NCBI GenBank assembly: GCA_964291415.2
Contig: OZ219917.1
Location: 704,001 to 768,000, forward strand
Length of the DNA stretch: 64,000 bases
Reading direction: 5' to 3'
Source: Alphaproteobacteria bacterium
GTDB taxonomy: Bacteria; Pseudomonadota; Alphaproteobacteria; SP197
This document shows positions 1-9,581 of this stretch, one piece after another (position 1 is the first letter of the stretch; each line of letters begins with the position of its first letter). The notes beneath the pieces were generated by a model, which saw only the letters and a list, made by a program, of their open reading frames with translations, did not search any database and was not told where the DNA came from. The position numbers were made by a program, and so were the translations under genes.

Positions 1-26
1 AAGGCTTCTTCCGTGGTCATTTTCAT
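1..26 (-). CDS. xsc: 5' end of a probable sulfoacetaldehyde acetyltransferase, running off the window edge
   Basis: The reverse complement reads ATG AAA ATG ACC ACG GAA GAA GCC TT = MKMTTEEA(F/L), matching the N-terminus I recall for alphaproteobacterial Xsc. An AAAGG RBS-like motif lies upstream, and the gene is divergent from ackA. Only 8 full codons are visible. Confidence 0.6.
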
Positions 27-137
27 GGTGGGTCAACCTTTCCCTGAGAGAAGGAGACGCGCCCTGGGCGCCAGTCACCTTGTAGACCGCTACGGCAGAG
101 AATCGCAAGATGACGGCGGTATGGCCCGGGAGTAACC

Positions 138-1295
138 ATGAGGCAGGTGCTGGCGCTCAACTGCGGGTCTTCGTCGGTCCGCTTCTGCGTTTTCAAGGAT
201 GATCTCACCCCCGTGTTCCGGGGTCAGGTGGAGAACATCGCCGAAGGTCTCGAGCCGCGGCTCCTTCTCGAAGGCAGGACGGAGGCGTTTCTTCCCGCCG
301 GCCTTGCCGGCCACGGTCCCGTTATCGGCTTCCTCCTCGACTCGGTCATTCTGCCGGAATGCGGAGACATTGCCGTGGCTGGTCATCGCGTGGTGCATGG
401 CGGCACTCGCTTTGCCGGACCGACGCCCATCGATGCGGACGTGACGGAAGAGATTGAGGCACTGTCAGTCCTGGCACCCTCGCACCAGCCGCACAACCTC
501 GCCGGAATCAGGGCACTCGCGACGGCGCTGCCCGGAATTCCGCAGGTCGCATCATTCGATACAGCCTTTCACCGCACGATCCCCGAGGTACGTCAGCTGA
601 TGGCCCTGCCACGAGAATTCGCTGATGCGGGGCTGCGGCGCTTCGGTTTTCACGGCCTTTCCTATCAGTCCGTCGTCGCCCGCTTCACCCGCATCACCGG
701 GACGACCATGCCGAGGCGCACGGTGATCTGTCATCTCGGCAACGGTTGCAGCATCGCCGGTCTCGTCGACGGCGCGTCGGTCTTCACCTCCATGGGGTTC
801 ACGCCTCTCGACGGTCTGGTGATGGGCCGGCGTCCCGGCAGGCTCGATCCCGGCGCCGTGCTGTGGCTCGTTGCCCGCCACGGCGGCGATGCTGCCGCCG
901 TCGACCGGCTGCTCAACCGTGGTTCGGGTCTGCTCGGTGTCTCCGGAATCTCTCCCGACATGCGCACGCTGCTGGCCAGCGGCGACGAGAAGGCGGCCCT
1001 TGCCGTCGCCATGTTCATCGACCGGCTCGTTCTCGAAATCGGTTCCGCCGTCACGGCAATCCGCGGCCTCGACGCCCTCGTCTTCACCGGCGGCATCGGC
1101 GAGAACGCGGCCCCTGTCAGGGCGGCGGTGGTCGAGGCACTCGGCTGGCTTTGCCTTCAACTGGACGAGAATGCCAACGTCCGCCACGCGTCCACGATCA
1201 CGAGAGGCCAACCAGCAGCCCACGTCATCGCCACGGACGAGGAGCGCATGATCGCCGAAAACGCGTTGTCATGCGCAGTACCCCGCACTCCCTGA
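138..1295 (+). CDS. ackA: acetate/propionate kinase
   Basis: Motifs LNCGSSS, GHRVVHGG, FDTAFH, GFHGLSY, HLGNGCS, TSMGFTPLDG, FTGGIGEN and TDEERMIA. Confidence 0.95.
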   Translation: MRQVLALNCGSSSVRFCVFKDDLTPVFRGQVENIAEGLEPRLLLEGRTEAFLPAGLAGHGPVIGFLLDSVILPECGDIAVAGHRVVHGGTRFAGPTPIDADVTEEIEALSVLAPSHQPHNLAGIRALATALPGIPQVASFDTAFHRTIPEVRQLMALPREFADAGLRRFGFHGLSYQSVVARFTRITGTTMPRRTVICHLGNGCSIAGLVDGASVFTSMGFTPLDGLVMGRRPGRLDPGAVLWLVARHGGDAAAVDRLLNRGSGLLGVSGISPDMRTLLASGDEKAALAVAMFIDRLVLEIGSAVTAIRGLDALVFTGGIGENAAPVRAAVVEALGWLCLQLDENANVRHASTITRGQPAAHVIATDEERMIAENALSCAVPRTP

Positions 1296-1539
1296 AATCA
1301 TGCGATGGTCAGTCCTCGAGTGCCAGGTGAAGGGAAGCTCCCGGTCAGAAGACCGACTGGTGGCAAGTGGGTGGATACAACCGCGTGACATCCATGTCTG
1401 TACAGATGCTGTGTGCGGGTCCGGCGGAATTCTACCGATACCACAAAGCCGAAGCCGCACAGGCGGCCCCGGCAAGGGTGCCGAAACCGGGGATGCTGTC
1501 ATCGGGTTCGCACGCCGCTAGAATGGCGCCTCGCAATTC

Positions 1540-1767
1540 TTGATCGGGTCTCCAGAAGTGCAGAGCTACACCGCCGTTGTCGAACGTTGTCCGGACACGG
1601 GCCTCTATGTCGGTTACGTTCCGGGTTTCCCCGGCGCGCACAGCCAGGGCGAGTCCCTCGAGGAACTCAACGGCAATCTCAAGGAAGTCATCGCCATGAT
1701 CCTCGAGGAGGGGGTTCCCCCGATGGTGGGCGAGTTCGTCGGCACGCAAATCGTCTTGGTGTCCTGA
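1540..1767 (+). CDS. hicB: HicB-family antitoxin (short form; the true start may be GTG at 1558)
   Basis: YTAVVERCPDTGLYVGYVPGFPGAHSQGESLEEL is a typical HicB RNase-H-like fold. Confidence 0.85.
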   Translation: MIGSPEVQSYTAVVERCPDTGLYVGYVPGFPGAHSQGESLEELNGNLKEVIAMILEEGVPPMVGEFVGTQIVLVS

Positions 1768-1773
1768 AGTCGG

Positions 1774-1982
1774 GTGCCTTCCGTTCCCGTCCTCAAGCCG
1801 CGAGAGGTTACGGCCTCGTGGAGATTCGCCAGCGCAGTTCGTACCAGCGTTTTCGCCACCCGGACGGGCGGGTGACGACGGTGCCTGTGCATGGTGGGCG
1901 TGACGTGTCTCCGGTCCTGTTGCGCTGCATTGCGCGCGATGTCGGACTGACGGTGCGGGAGTTCGTGGCGTATCGTCGATAG
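1774..1982 (+). pseudogene. hicA: HicA-family toxin, frameshifted
   Basis: GTG at 1774 gives VPSVPVLKPREV. After about 1815 another frame gives GLVEIRQRSSYQRFRHPDGRVTTVPVHGGRDVSPVLLRCIARDVGLT. The usual GSH motif reads SSY. Confidence 0.75.
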
Positions 1983-2204
1983 TTCGTATGCCAATGCGCG
2001 GCCGAATCGATCGCCGCCATAGGGTGACGCGGCGACCGAAGTTGACGCCGGAGCGACCAGGTTCCTCGCTCCTGACGGAAACGGTCGGTGCGCTTCGGGA
2101 CCTGGCGAGGGCCATTCGCGTCCAGTCACCGCTGTCAAGACAACTTGGTTGAGAGAAGCGAAAGGTCGCCCGGCTCCGCGTTTGTTCCCTTGTCTTGGCC
2201 GGGA

Positions 2205-3758
2205 TCAGCCGGGATAGGCCTCCTCGTCCTTGTAGGGGAACCACCAGAAGTCCGCGGGCTTGTTCTCGTGGTCGATCATGGTGAGCTTCGTGTGGCGGAA
2301 CTGGTCGATTCCCTCGCTGCCCAGCTGGCGGCCGGTTCCCGACATCTTGCGTCCGCCGAAGGGCCCGGCATCGTTGTCGAGAAGAGCCGTGGCGTTGATC
2401 CACGTCATGCCTGCCTCGATCTCGTTGATGGACCGCATGGTTTCGCAGAGATCGTTCGTGAAGACGAAGGAGCCAAGCCCGTAGCGCGAGTTGTTGGCGT
2501 GTTCGAGGGCCTCGTCGAAACTGCCGACCCGGCAGATGGGCATCACCGGGCCGAAGCTCTCGTTGTTCATGATCTCCATATCCGGCGTGCACCCGGTGAG
2601 AATGGTCGCATCGCAGTAGTAGCCGCGGTTGAAACCTTCCGGTCGGCCGCCGCCGGTGACCACGGTCGCACCTTCGTCGATGGCCCGTGCGAGCATGCCC
2701 TCGTAGCGGTCACGCTCGCGCTGGGCGGCCATTGGTCCCATGTCCACCTTGTCGAGACCGTTGCCGATGCGCAGTTGGCGCGTCAGGCGCGTGACCTCGT
2801 CGACAAAGTGGTCGTGCACGGAATCGTGGACATAGAAACGCTCGGCAGCGGCGCACACCTGCCCGCAATTGAGATAGGCGCCGAACACCGCGCCCTGGGT
2901 AGCCATGGACATGTCGGCCGACGGCAGCACCAGGAAGGGATCGTTCCCGCTTGCTTCCACGAGACAGCGCTTGAAGGTAGACGCGCAGGTCTGGGCGACA
3001 GCCTGTCCGGCCGGGATCGACCCGGTAAAGGCGACCCCGTCGACCCCGTCATGACCGACCAGGGCCTTGCCCGTCTCGACGGCCCCGGTGAGGCACTGCA
3101 CGAGACCGGTCGGCAGGTGGTCGAAGCACTCCATCATCATGAGCGAGGAAAAGCTCGTCAGTTCCGATGGCTTGAGGATGACCGCGTTGCCGGCGCCGAG
3201 TGCCGCACCGGCTTCCCAGCCGAACAGCACATAGGGGAAATTGAAGGGAAGGATGATGCCGACGACGCCCAGGGGCGACTTGGTGACGACGTGAAAGTCC
3301 CCGTCGACCACCGGACCGACGACGCGCCCGGCCTCGTGGCGCGAGACTTCCGCGTAGTAGTCGAAGGCGGTCGCGGTCCACTCCACTTCATCCGCCGATT
3401 CCTTGTAGGGCTTGCCCATTTCCCGGGTCAGGGCCTCGGCGAGGCGCGGCGTGTTCTTCCGCAGCCGGTGCGCCACCTCGTGGAGCTCCTCGGAGCGCTT
3501 GAGGCCGTTCATGCGGTCCCACTGCTTCTGGGCGCGCCGGGCGATGGCGACGGCCTCGTCGACCTCGCGAACCGTGGCGAAGGCCAGTTCGCCATTGACC
3601 GCTTCGGTTGCCGGATCGATGGCGTCGAACCCATCGCTCGACTCGCTGCGGCGCAGGCGGCCATCCATGTACACCTGGCCCGACAGGTCCCTGAACGTGT
3701 CCGTCACCGTCATGATCTCTTTCCCCATGGTCTGTTCCGGTGCCATTGTAGGAATCAT
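2205..3758 (-). CDS. NAD(P)-dependent aldehyde dehydrogenase (start may be ~3713, MTVTDT)
   Basis: Motifs PFNFP, LKPSE, FTGS, EASGND, GQVCAA (catalytic Cys), ESFGP and PFGGRKMSG. Confidence 0.93.
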   Translation of the reverse strand: MIPTMAPEQTMGKEIMTVTDTFRDLSGQVYMDGRLRRSESSDGFDAIDPATEAVNGELAFATVREVDEAVAIARRAQKQWDRMNGLKRSEELHEVAHRLRKNTPRLAEALTREMGKPYKESADEVEWTATAFDYYAEVSRHEAGRVVGPVVDGDFHVVTKSPLGVVGIILPFNFPYVLFGWEAGAALGAGNAVILKPSELTSFSSLMMMECFDHLPTGLVQCLTGAVETGKALVGHDGVDGVAFTGSIPAGQAVAQTCASTFKRCLVEASGNDPFLVLPSADMSMATQGAVFGAYLNCGQVCAAAERFYVHDSVHDHFVDEVTRLTRQLRIGNGLDKVDMGPMAAQRERDRYEGMLARAIDEGATVVTGGGRPEGFNRGYYCDATILTGCTPDMEIMNNESFGPVMPICRVGSFDEALEHANNSRYGLGSFVFTNDLCETMRSINEIEAGMTWINATALLDNDAGPFGGRKMSGTGRQLGSEGIDQFRHTKLTMIDHENKPADFWWFPYKDEEAYPG

Positions 3759-3791
3759 CCCCGACCCCTCAAGTCCCCCCAGGGAGGTGGC

Positions 3792-6044
3792 ATGGAACCA
3801 GGACTACGGCCGCTCAACGGCTATGCAGACAGGATGTCGGTGAGGCCCGGGGAGAGCATCCGCTTCCATGTGAGCTGCGACGGTCCCGCCACCTACCGCG
3901 CCGGCATCGTCCGTCTCCACTCGGCAGACGACAATCCCGCCGGCGCCCCGTTCAGGAGCGTCCCCGTCGAGACGCCGGTGAGCGGCCTCCACGAGGGCAG
4001 GGCGCACGTCATCCACGCCGGTTCGCACGCGGTCGTTCCGGCCTCGCCGCACCTCGTCCCCGCACGTGCCTTCACGCTCCAGGCACTGGTCATGCCGACC
4101 ACGCCGCAGATGGGACGCCAGGGCATCATCGGCACCTGGTCCGAAAGTGATCACACCGGTGCCAGCCTCGTTGTCGGCGACGACGGCGCCGTGGGCCTGG
4201 TGGCCGGGAACGGACACGCCAGCATCGTTGCCACCACGGGCGAGGCCATGGTGACCGGAGCCTGGTATCGCGTTGCCGCAACCCTCGATCCGGATTCGGG
4301 CACGCTGTGCCTTCTCCAGGAGGCACTCGACACCGGCCGTCCGGTGCTGCGCCAGGTCGCGATTCCGTTCCCGCCGATCCTGCGGGCGACCCGCTGGCTG
4401 ATGGCCGCCTGGCATCGCGATGCCGGGGACGGCCGCGGCTATCACGCCGGCTGCTTCAACGGCCGGATCGAGGCGCCGCGCGTGGCGAGCCGTGCCTTCA
4501 CGCCCGACGAGGTCGTCATTGCCGGAGCCCGTCCGGCCGCGCCGGCGGTCCGTGATGCGGTTCTGGCCGCCTGGGACTTTTCGCGCGGGATCGACACGCT
4601 CACCATCGAGGACATGTCAGGTCATGGCCATCACGGGACCCTCGTTCACCTGCCCGAACGCGCCGTGACCGGTTCTGCCTGGAGCGGACGCGAGATGTCC
4701 TGGCGCCACCGGCCCGAAGACTACGCTGCGATCCACTTTCACGATGACGACGTCCATGATGCCGGGTGGCCGGCAAGCCACGTCTGGCAGGTGCCCGAAG
4801 GCACCCCGAGCGCCATCCACGCGCTCCATGTCACGGCCGGGGACGCCGAGGACTTCATTCCCTTCGCCGTCGTGCCGCCCCGCGGCCGGAGGACATCGAA
4901 CGTCTGCTTCCTCATGCCCACCGCCACCTACATGGCCTACGCCAACTCGGGACGGCACTTCCGCAACGACACCGTCGAGATGAAGCAGTTCCGCGCCACC
5001 GTCATGACGCGCGACGACTGTTTCCTGCAGGCCCATTCGGAGTACGGACTTTCGACCTACGACACCCATTCCGACGGCAGCGGCGTCAGTCTCTCGTCGC
5101 GCCTGCGCCCGGTGCTCAACTTCCGGCCCAAGGGGCGCGTGTGGGGCCTCGTTGCCGACACCCACATCACCTCATGGCTGGACCGGGCGTGCGACGGCTT
5201 CGACGTCGTCACCGACGAGGAACTCGACAGCGAGGGGCTGGCTGTGCTCGAGGACTATGCCGTCGTCGTCACCGGCAGCCACCCCGAGTATCACACCGCT
5301 GCCATGCTCGATGCCCTGGAGGCCTGGCTCGCCCGGGGCGGTCGGTTGATCTACACCGGCGCCAACGGGTTCTACTGGCGCATCGCCCTCAGGCAGGATC
5401 TTCCAGGGGTCCTGGAGTGCCGCAAGACCGAGGGCGGCACCCGGTCCTGGGTGTCGCGGGCGGGCGAGTCCTTCATGAGTCTCACCGGGGAGTACGGTGG
5501 ACTGTGGCGGCGCAGCGGGCGTCCGCCGCAGCAGCTTGCCGGCATCGGTTTCACGGCCCAGGGCTTCGACAAGTCCACGTGGTACCGGCGCACCCCGGCC
5601 GCCGATGATCCCCGTGCTGCCTTCATCTTCGCCGGCATCGACGACGAGATCATCGGTGATGCCGGTCTTGTCGGCGGCGGCGCCGCGGGCCTCGAGATCG
5701 ACCGCGCCGATACGTGTCTCGGCACGCCGCCCCATGCCCTGGTCGTCGCCCATTCGGAAGAGCATGCCGCCGGCATGCTGGTGGTGCTCGAGGAGCTTAC
5801 CTCCAACCAGCCGGTGATTGCCGACGATCATCCCCTGGTGCGGGCCGACATGACCTTCTTCGAGCACCCGGGAGGCGGGGCCGTGTTCTCCGCCGGGTCC
5901 ATCGCCTTCGGCTCGGCCCTGCCGGTCAACGGCTACGACAACCCGGTCGCCCGTCTTCTCGGCAACGTGCTCGACCGCTTCCGCGACCCGGAACCCTTCG
6001 CGATGCCGGAACCCGCGTTGCCCCGCGCCGAACCCGGAGGGTAG
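3792..6044 (+). CDS. N,N-dimethylformamidase large (beta) subunit family protein
   Basis: GYADRMSVRPGESIRFHVS, a LamG-like segment, TYMAYAN, GLSTYDTHSDGSGV, GSHPEYH, GANGFYW and GGAVFSAGSI. GGAGG RBS before ATG 3792. Confidence 0.85.
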   Translation: MEPGLRPLNGYADRMSVRPGESIRFHVSCDGPATYRAGIVRLHSADDNPAGAPFRSVPVETPVSGLHEGRAHVIHAGSHAVVPASPHLVPARAFTLQALVMPTTPQMGRQGIIGTWSESDHTGASLVVGDDGAVGLVAGNGHASIVATTGEAMVTGAWYRVAATLDPDSGTLCLLQEALDTGRPVLRQVAIPFPPILRATRWLMAAWHRDAGDGRGYHAGCFNGRIEAPRVASRAFTPDEVVIAGARPAAPAVRDAVLAAWDFSRGIDTLTIEDMSGHGHHGTLVHLPERAVTGSAWSGREMSWRHRPEDYAAIHFHDDDVHDAGWPASHVWQVPEGTPSAIHALHVTAGDAEDFIPFAVVPPRGRRTSNVCFLMPTATYMAYANSGRHFRNDTVEMKQFRATVMTRDDCFLQAHSEYGLSTYDTHSDGSGVSLSSRLRPVLNFRPKGRVWGLVADTHITSWLDRACDGFDVVTDEELDSEGLAVLEDYAVVVTGSHPEYHTAAMLDALEAWLARGGRLIYTGANGFYWRIALRQDLPGVLECRKTEGGTRSWVSRAGESFMSLTGEYGGLWRRSGRPPQQLAGIGFTAQGFDKSTWYRRTPAADDPRAAFIFAGIDDEIIGDAGLVGGGAAGLEIDRADTCLGTPPHALVVAHSEEHAAGMLVVLEELTSNQPVIADDHPLVRADMTFFEHPGGGAVFSAGSIAFGSALPVNGYDNPVARLLGNVLDRFRDPEPFAMPEPALPRAEPGG

Positions 6045-6056
6045 CCCCGCCGGCCG

Positions 6057-6260
6057 TCAGGCGCCGGGGACCCGGAAGGCAACGAACGTGTCGATGGCAT
6101 TGGCCGGCACAAAGGGCACGCCGCAGCGCTGGCGACCGGTGAGGAGGGACGCCCGGGCGGTGAGGCCGCCGAAACCCCTCCTGCCCAGGCGAGAAGAGGC
6201 CGATGGCCAGAATGCCGCCACCACCGGCGAGGCGCCAGGCAGTATCCCGGTCGCTGTCAA
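6057..6260 (-). pseudogene. degenerate copy of the 3' part of the A24 prepilin peptidase gene at 18055-18501
   Basis: Shares tcaggcgccggggac, tggccggc, ggcgaccggtgagga, gaggccgccgaa and tatcccggtc in the same order as 18055-18340, with internal deletions. Translates to ...GVPFVPANAIDTFVAFRVPGA* versus ...GMPFAPAIAVGTLVAIHVPGA*. Confidence 0.75.
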
Positions 6261-6455
6261 GCTTGGTTCCGCGACCGGGCCGGAAGCCAGTGATGACTCA
6301 TGGGTCGGCCACGACAACCTTCCCAACGCGGCATCACACCGGCGTTCCTGGCAATGGAACTCCTGACGTTCGGTCTTGGCGCTCCCGGATGATCCGGTCT
6401 AGTCTTGCTGTTCACACACCCGAGAGGGCCCGTCCATCAGCAGGGAGGAATTGAG

Positions 6456-7622
6456 ATGACACGATCCATGAAGGTCAATGAATTCAAGGAGCGACTCGCC
6501 AATGCGGAGATCACCCGCCGCGAAGCATCTGCGGTTCTGGCGTCCGCGGGCGTCGGCATGGCAACGATGATGTTTGGGCCAGGCATGGCGCGGGCACAGA
6601 CCGACCTGGCCATCGACCATTCGCTCAACGTCTTCGAGTGGGGCGGATACGACCTGCCCGAGTTCTATACGAGCTATGTCGACAAGTACCAGATGCAGCC
6701 CGCCTTCGTGCTCTTCGGCGAAGAGGAAGAGGCACTCCAGAAGCTGCGCAGCGGCTTCACCGCGGATGTGGGCCATCCCTGTACCTACAGTACCCGACGC
6801 TGGCGAGACGCCGGCGTGCTCGATCCGATCGACACGTCCCGCCTGACCAACTACGGCGACGTCTTTCCGAGCCTGAAGACGCTGCCCGGCAGTCAGGACG
6901 AAACCGGACAGGACTGGTTCATTCCCGCCGACTGGGGCAACTCGTCGGTGCTGTTCCGCCACGACCTTGCACCGGAGTATGTCGACACCGCGACCGAGAA
7001 GAACGAATCCTGGGCCATCCTGTTTGACGAGAAGTACGCAGGCCGACTGGGCATCTTCGATTCCGTCGATGGCGTGATGGCTGTCGTCGGGTCCGTGATC
7101 GGAGCGGAAGACGTCTTCAACATGACCGACGATGAACTCGAGGAAGCCACCAAGCTGCTGCGCAAGCAACGCGAGATCCTGCGCTTCTACTGGACCGATC
7201 AGAGCAGCGTCGAACAGGCGCTGGCTGCCGGCGAACTTGTGGCGTCCTATGCCTGGAACAGTGCGGTCGTCGAACTCAAGAACCAGGGCGTTGAAATCAC
7301 CTACATGAACCCGAAGGAAGGAATCTGGACCTGGGTGTGCGGGCTGGTCCTGCTCGCCGGTGGTCCTGGCGACCGGGACAGGGCCTACGAGTTCATCGAT
7401 GCGTGGATTTCACCGGAATCGGGCAAGAACCTGATCGAGATGTATGGCTACGGCAGTTCGAACACCAAGGCGTTCGAACTGGTCGATCCGGCCACTCTGG
7501 ATGCCCTCGGCATCTCCGATCCCGACACGATGATGGCCAACAGCCGGTTCTTTGGCGAGATCGAGCCCGACGTTCGCGAGAAGTACATCAATCTGTTCGA
7601 CGAGATCAAAGCCGGCTTCTGA
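6456..7622 (+). CDS. PotD/PotF-family (polyamine-type) ABC substrate-binding protein, probably Tat-exported
   Basis: ITRREAS twin-arginine signal, LNVFEWGGY, PADWGNSS and PKEGIWTWVCG. GGAGG RBS. Confidence 0.88.
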   Translation: MTRSMKVNEFKERLANAEITRREASAVLASAGVGMATMMFGPGMARAQTDLAIDHSLNVFEWGGYDLPEFYTSYVDKYQMQPAFVLFGEEEEALQKLRSGFTADVGHPCTYSTRRWRDAGVLDPIDTSRLTNYGDVFPSLKTLPGSQDETGQDWFIPADWGNSSVLFRHDLAPEYVDTATEKNESWAILFDEKYAGRLGIFDSVDGVMAVVGSVIGAEDVFNMTDDELEEATKLLRKQREILRFYWTDQSSVEQALAAGELVASYAWNSAVVELKNQGVEITYMNPKEGIWTWVCGLVLLAGGPGDRDRAYEFIDAWISPESGKNLIEMYGYGSSNTKAFELVDPATLDALGISDPDTMMANSRFFGEIEPDVREKYINLFDEIKAGF

Positions 7623-7644
7623 GCCGGTTCCCGTCGCTGTTTCC

Positions 7645-7674
7645 GGAACGGGCCGGCCGGCGCCGGCCCGTTCC
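7645..7674 (+). terminator. GC-rich hairpin after the binding-protein gene (terminator or stabiliser)
   Basis: ggaacgggccggc-cggc-gccggcccgttcc is a perfect 13-bp stem with no clear U-tract. Confidence 0.55.
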
Positions 7675-7904
7675 AGTTCCGCCGAGCGGCCAGGCATGCC
7701 TCATGGGCCGGCCGGCCGGTCCTCCCCGCTTTCGCCGCGGGTGACGCAGAATCAGCCGTTGACCAACTCAATCCCGAAGCGCCCAGGCAGGCGGCCTTCA
7801 TGGGCGGGGCGCGGCACGGCACGCGGGCTTCGATCCTGTTCACGTTGTATTCGCCGCACAAGGCGGTCACAATCGCATCCCTCATCCTCATTCTGGAGAA
7901 CAAC

Positions 7905-9026
7905 ATGAAGGCCAGAGAAATCGCGAATCTCTACAAGAATGGGCAGATTTCGCGTCGTCAGTTCAACAAGCTTGCATCCGCGCTGGGTGTCGGCCTCGTG
8001 ACCGTTCCGGTGACCCGGAACGCTGCTGCTGCCGGCACACCCATTTATTTCGGCTGGGCCGGTTACGACAACGAGGGATTCATCGGTTCCTATCTCGAAA
8101 AATACGGGGCGCCGCCCGAGTACACATTCTGGGGATCGGAGGACGAGGCGTTCCAGAAAATGCGCGCCGGCGGATTCCAGCCGGACGTCATGGCTCCCTG
8201 TACCTATGAACTGTTCAAGTGGAACGATGGAGGCCTTCTCGCTCCGCTGGATCCGGAACGCCTGGTGCACCTTCCCGACATGTTCCCCAGCCTCGAGAAC
8301 ATTGAAGGATCGGTCATCAACGGTCAGCGCTTCTTGATGCCGATTGACTGGGGCAACTCCACGATCATCTATCGCCGCGATCTGGTCGGCGAGAAGTGGC
8401 GCGACGAAAACGTTTCCTGGGAGATCTTCTATACGGACGAGTTCCGCAATCGTCTGGGTTTCTACGACTCCGCCGGCGCGATTGTCGAGATTTCCGCTCT
8501 CGTGCTGGGCTACGACAACATCTTCACACTGACCGACGAACAATTGGTTGAAGTGCGCAAGATGGTTGCCATTCAGCGCGACAACATGCGGATGTACTGG
8601 GGCGATCAGACGGAAGCCGTGCAGGCGCTGGCGTCTGGTGAACTGGTCGCAAGCTACGGGTGGAACGATGCTTACGTGACCCTGAAGTCCCAGGGTTTCG
8701 ATGTCGGCCTGGGGATACCCAAGGAGGGAATCTTCACGTGGTGTTGCGGTCTGGTCATGCATTCACAAACCGAACTGGTCGACGAGTCCTACGACCTGAT
8801 CAACGCCTTCGCCAGTCCGGAAGCCGGTGCTTTCGAGATCTCGAACTGGGGCTATGGTCACGCCAACATGAAGGCGTTCGAGCTTGTTGCCGACGACGTT
8901 CTCGAGGAGCTGGGGCTTTCAACGCCCGAGAATCTTCTCAACAACGGCATCTTCTTCCAGGCCCTGGCTCCCGAGATCGAGGAAAAGTACATTCGGCTGT
9001 GGGACGAAGTGCGCGCCGGCTACTGA
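7905..9026 (+). CDS. PotD/PotF-family ABC substrate-binding protein, paralog of 6456-7622
   Basis: ISRRQF Tat motif, FGWAGY, PIDWGNST and PKEGIFTWCCG. GGAG RBS. Confidence 0.88.
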   Translation: MKAREIANLYKNGQISRRQFNKLASALGVGLVTVPVTRNAAAAGTPIYFGWAGYDNEGFIGSYLEKYGAPPEYTFWGSEDEAFQKMRAGGFQPDVMAPCTYELFKWNDGGLLAPLDPERLVHLPDMFPSLENIEGSVINGQRFLMPIDWGNSTIIYRRDLVGEKWRDENVSWEIFYTDEFRNRLGFYDSAGAIVEISALVLGYDNIFTLTDEQLVEVRKMVAIQRDNMRMYWGDQTEAVQALASGELVASYGWNDAYVTLKSQGFDVGLGIPKEGIFTWCCGLVMHSQTELVDESYDLINAFASPEAGAFEISNWGYGHANMKAFELVADDVLEELGLSTPENLLNNGIFFQALAPEIEEKYIRLWDEVRAGY

Positions 9027-9051
9027 CGGGATCCGCACCGCGACAATCGGG

Positions 9052-9083
9052 GTGAGCCCGGCACGCCCACGTGCCGGGCTCAC
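9052..9083 (+). terminator. hairpin, probable terminator
   Basis: gtgagcccggcacg-ccca-cgtgccgggctcac is a perfect 14-bp stem 25 nt after the stop codon. Confidence 0.6.
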
Positions 9084-9422
9084 GTCACCGGCAATTCCGC
9101 GAAACCGTCCTGCACCCGGACGGCGCGGGAGCCGGTCGCTGTCATTCGCCCCGTTCACTCCTCGGGCGACGCTGCAGAGACGAGTCGACTTCGCGGCAGT
9201 GGAGCCGCTGACCGGCGTCTCTTCGACTCCTGAAGACAACAGTTGAGGCCAAGGGAGCTTTCGGCTGGCAGGTCGGCTGGAGGGTCCCGCAACCTTCAGG
9301 AAGGGAAGGCCCGGCAGGACACCAACGGCGATGGTGGAGCAGAAGGGAAGGCTGACGGCCCCGGGCGCCGGGATAAGTGAATCCGGCCCCGCAGGCCACT
9401 GCGGCACGCGTCTTCGCCAGTC

Positions 9423-9512
9423 CCATTGCGTTCGCCTCGGCCTGCCGGTCAACGGTCATGGCAACCCGGTCGCCCTCCGCGACCCGGAACCCGCGTTGTT
9501 CCGCGCCGAACC
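9423..9512 (+). repeat. degenerate duplicate of the 3' end of the DMFase-like gene (source ~5899-6034)
   Basis: cctgccggtcaacgg..caacccggtcgccc..tccgcgacccggaacccgcgttg..ccgcgccgaacc is collinear with the source, with two internal deletions. Confidence 0.8.
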
Positions 9513-9581
9513 TTGCGGGTGATCATCCGACCCCTGATTGAATCAACACCCGAGGGAAGCCGGATCAAGGAGGATGCGGCC

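Noticed and set aside
2088-3791. N-terminal ~570 aa of the 1318-aa ORF, suggesting a giant fusion protein
   Set aside because: It is the antisense shadow of the aldehyde dehydrogenase. The real gene starts at ATG 3792 behind a GGAGG RBS.
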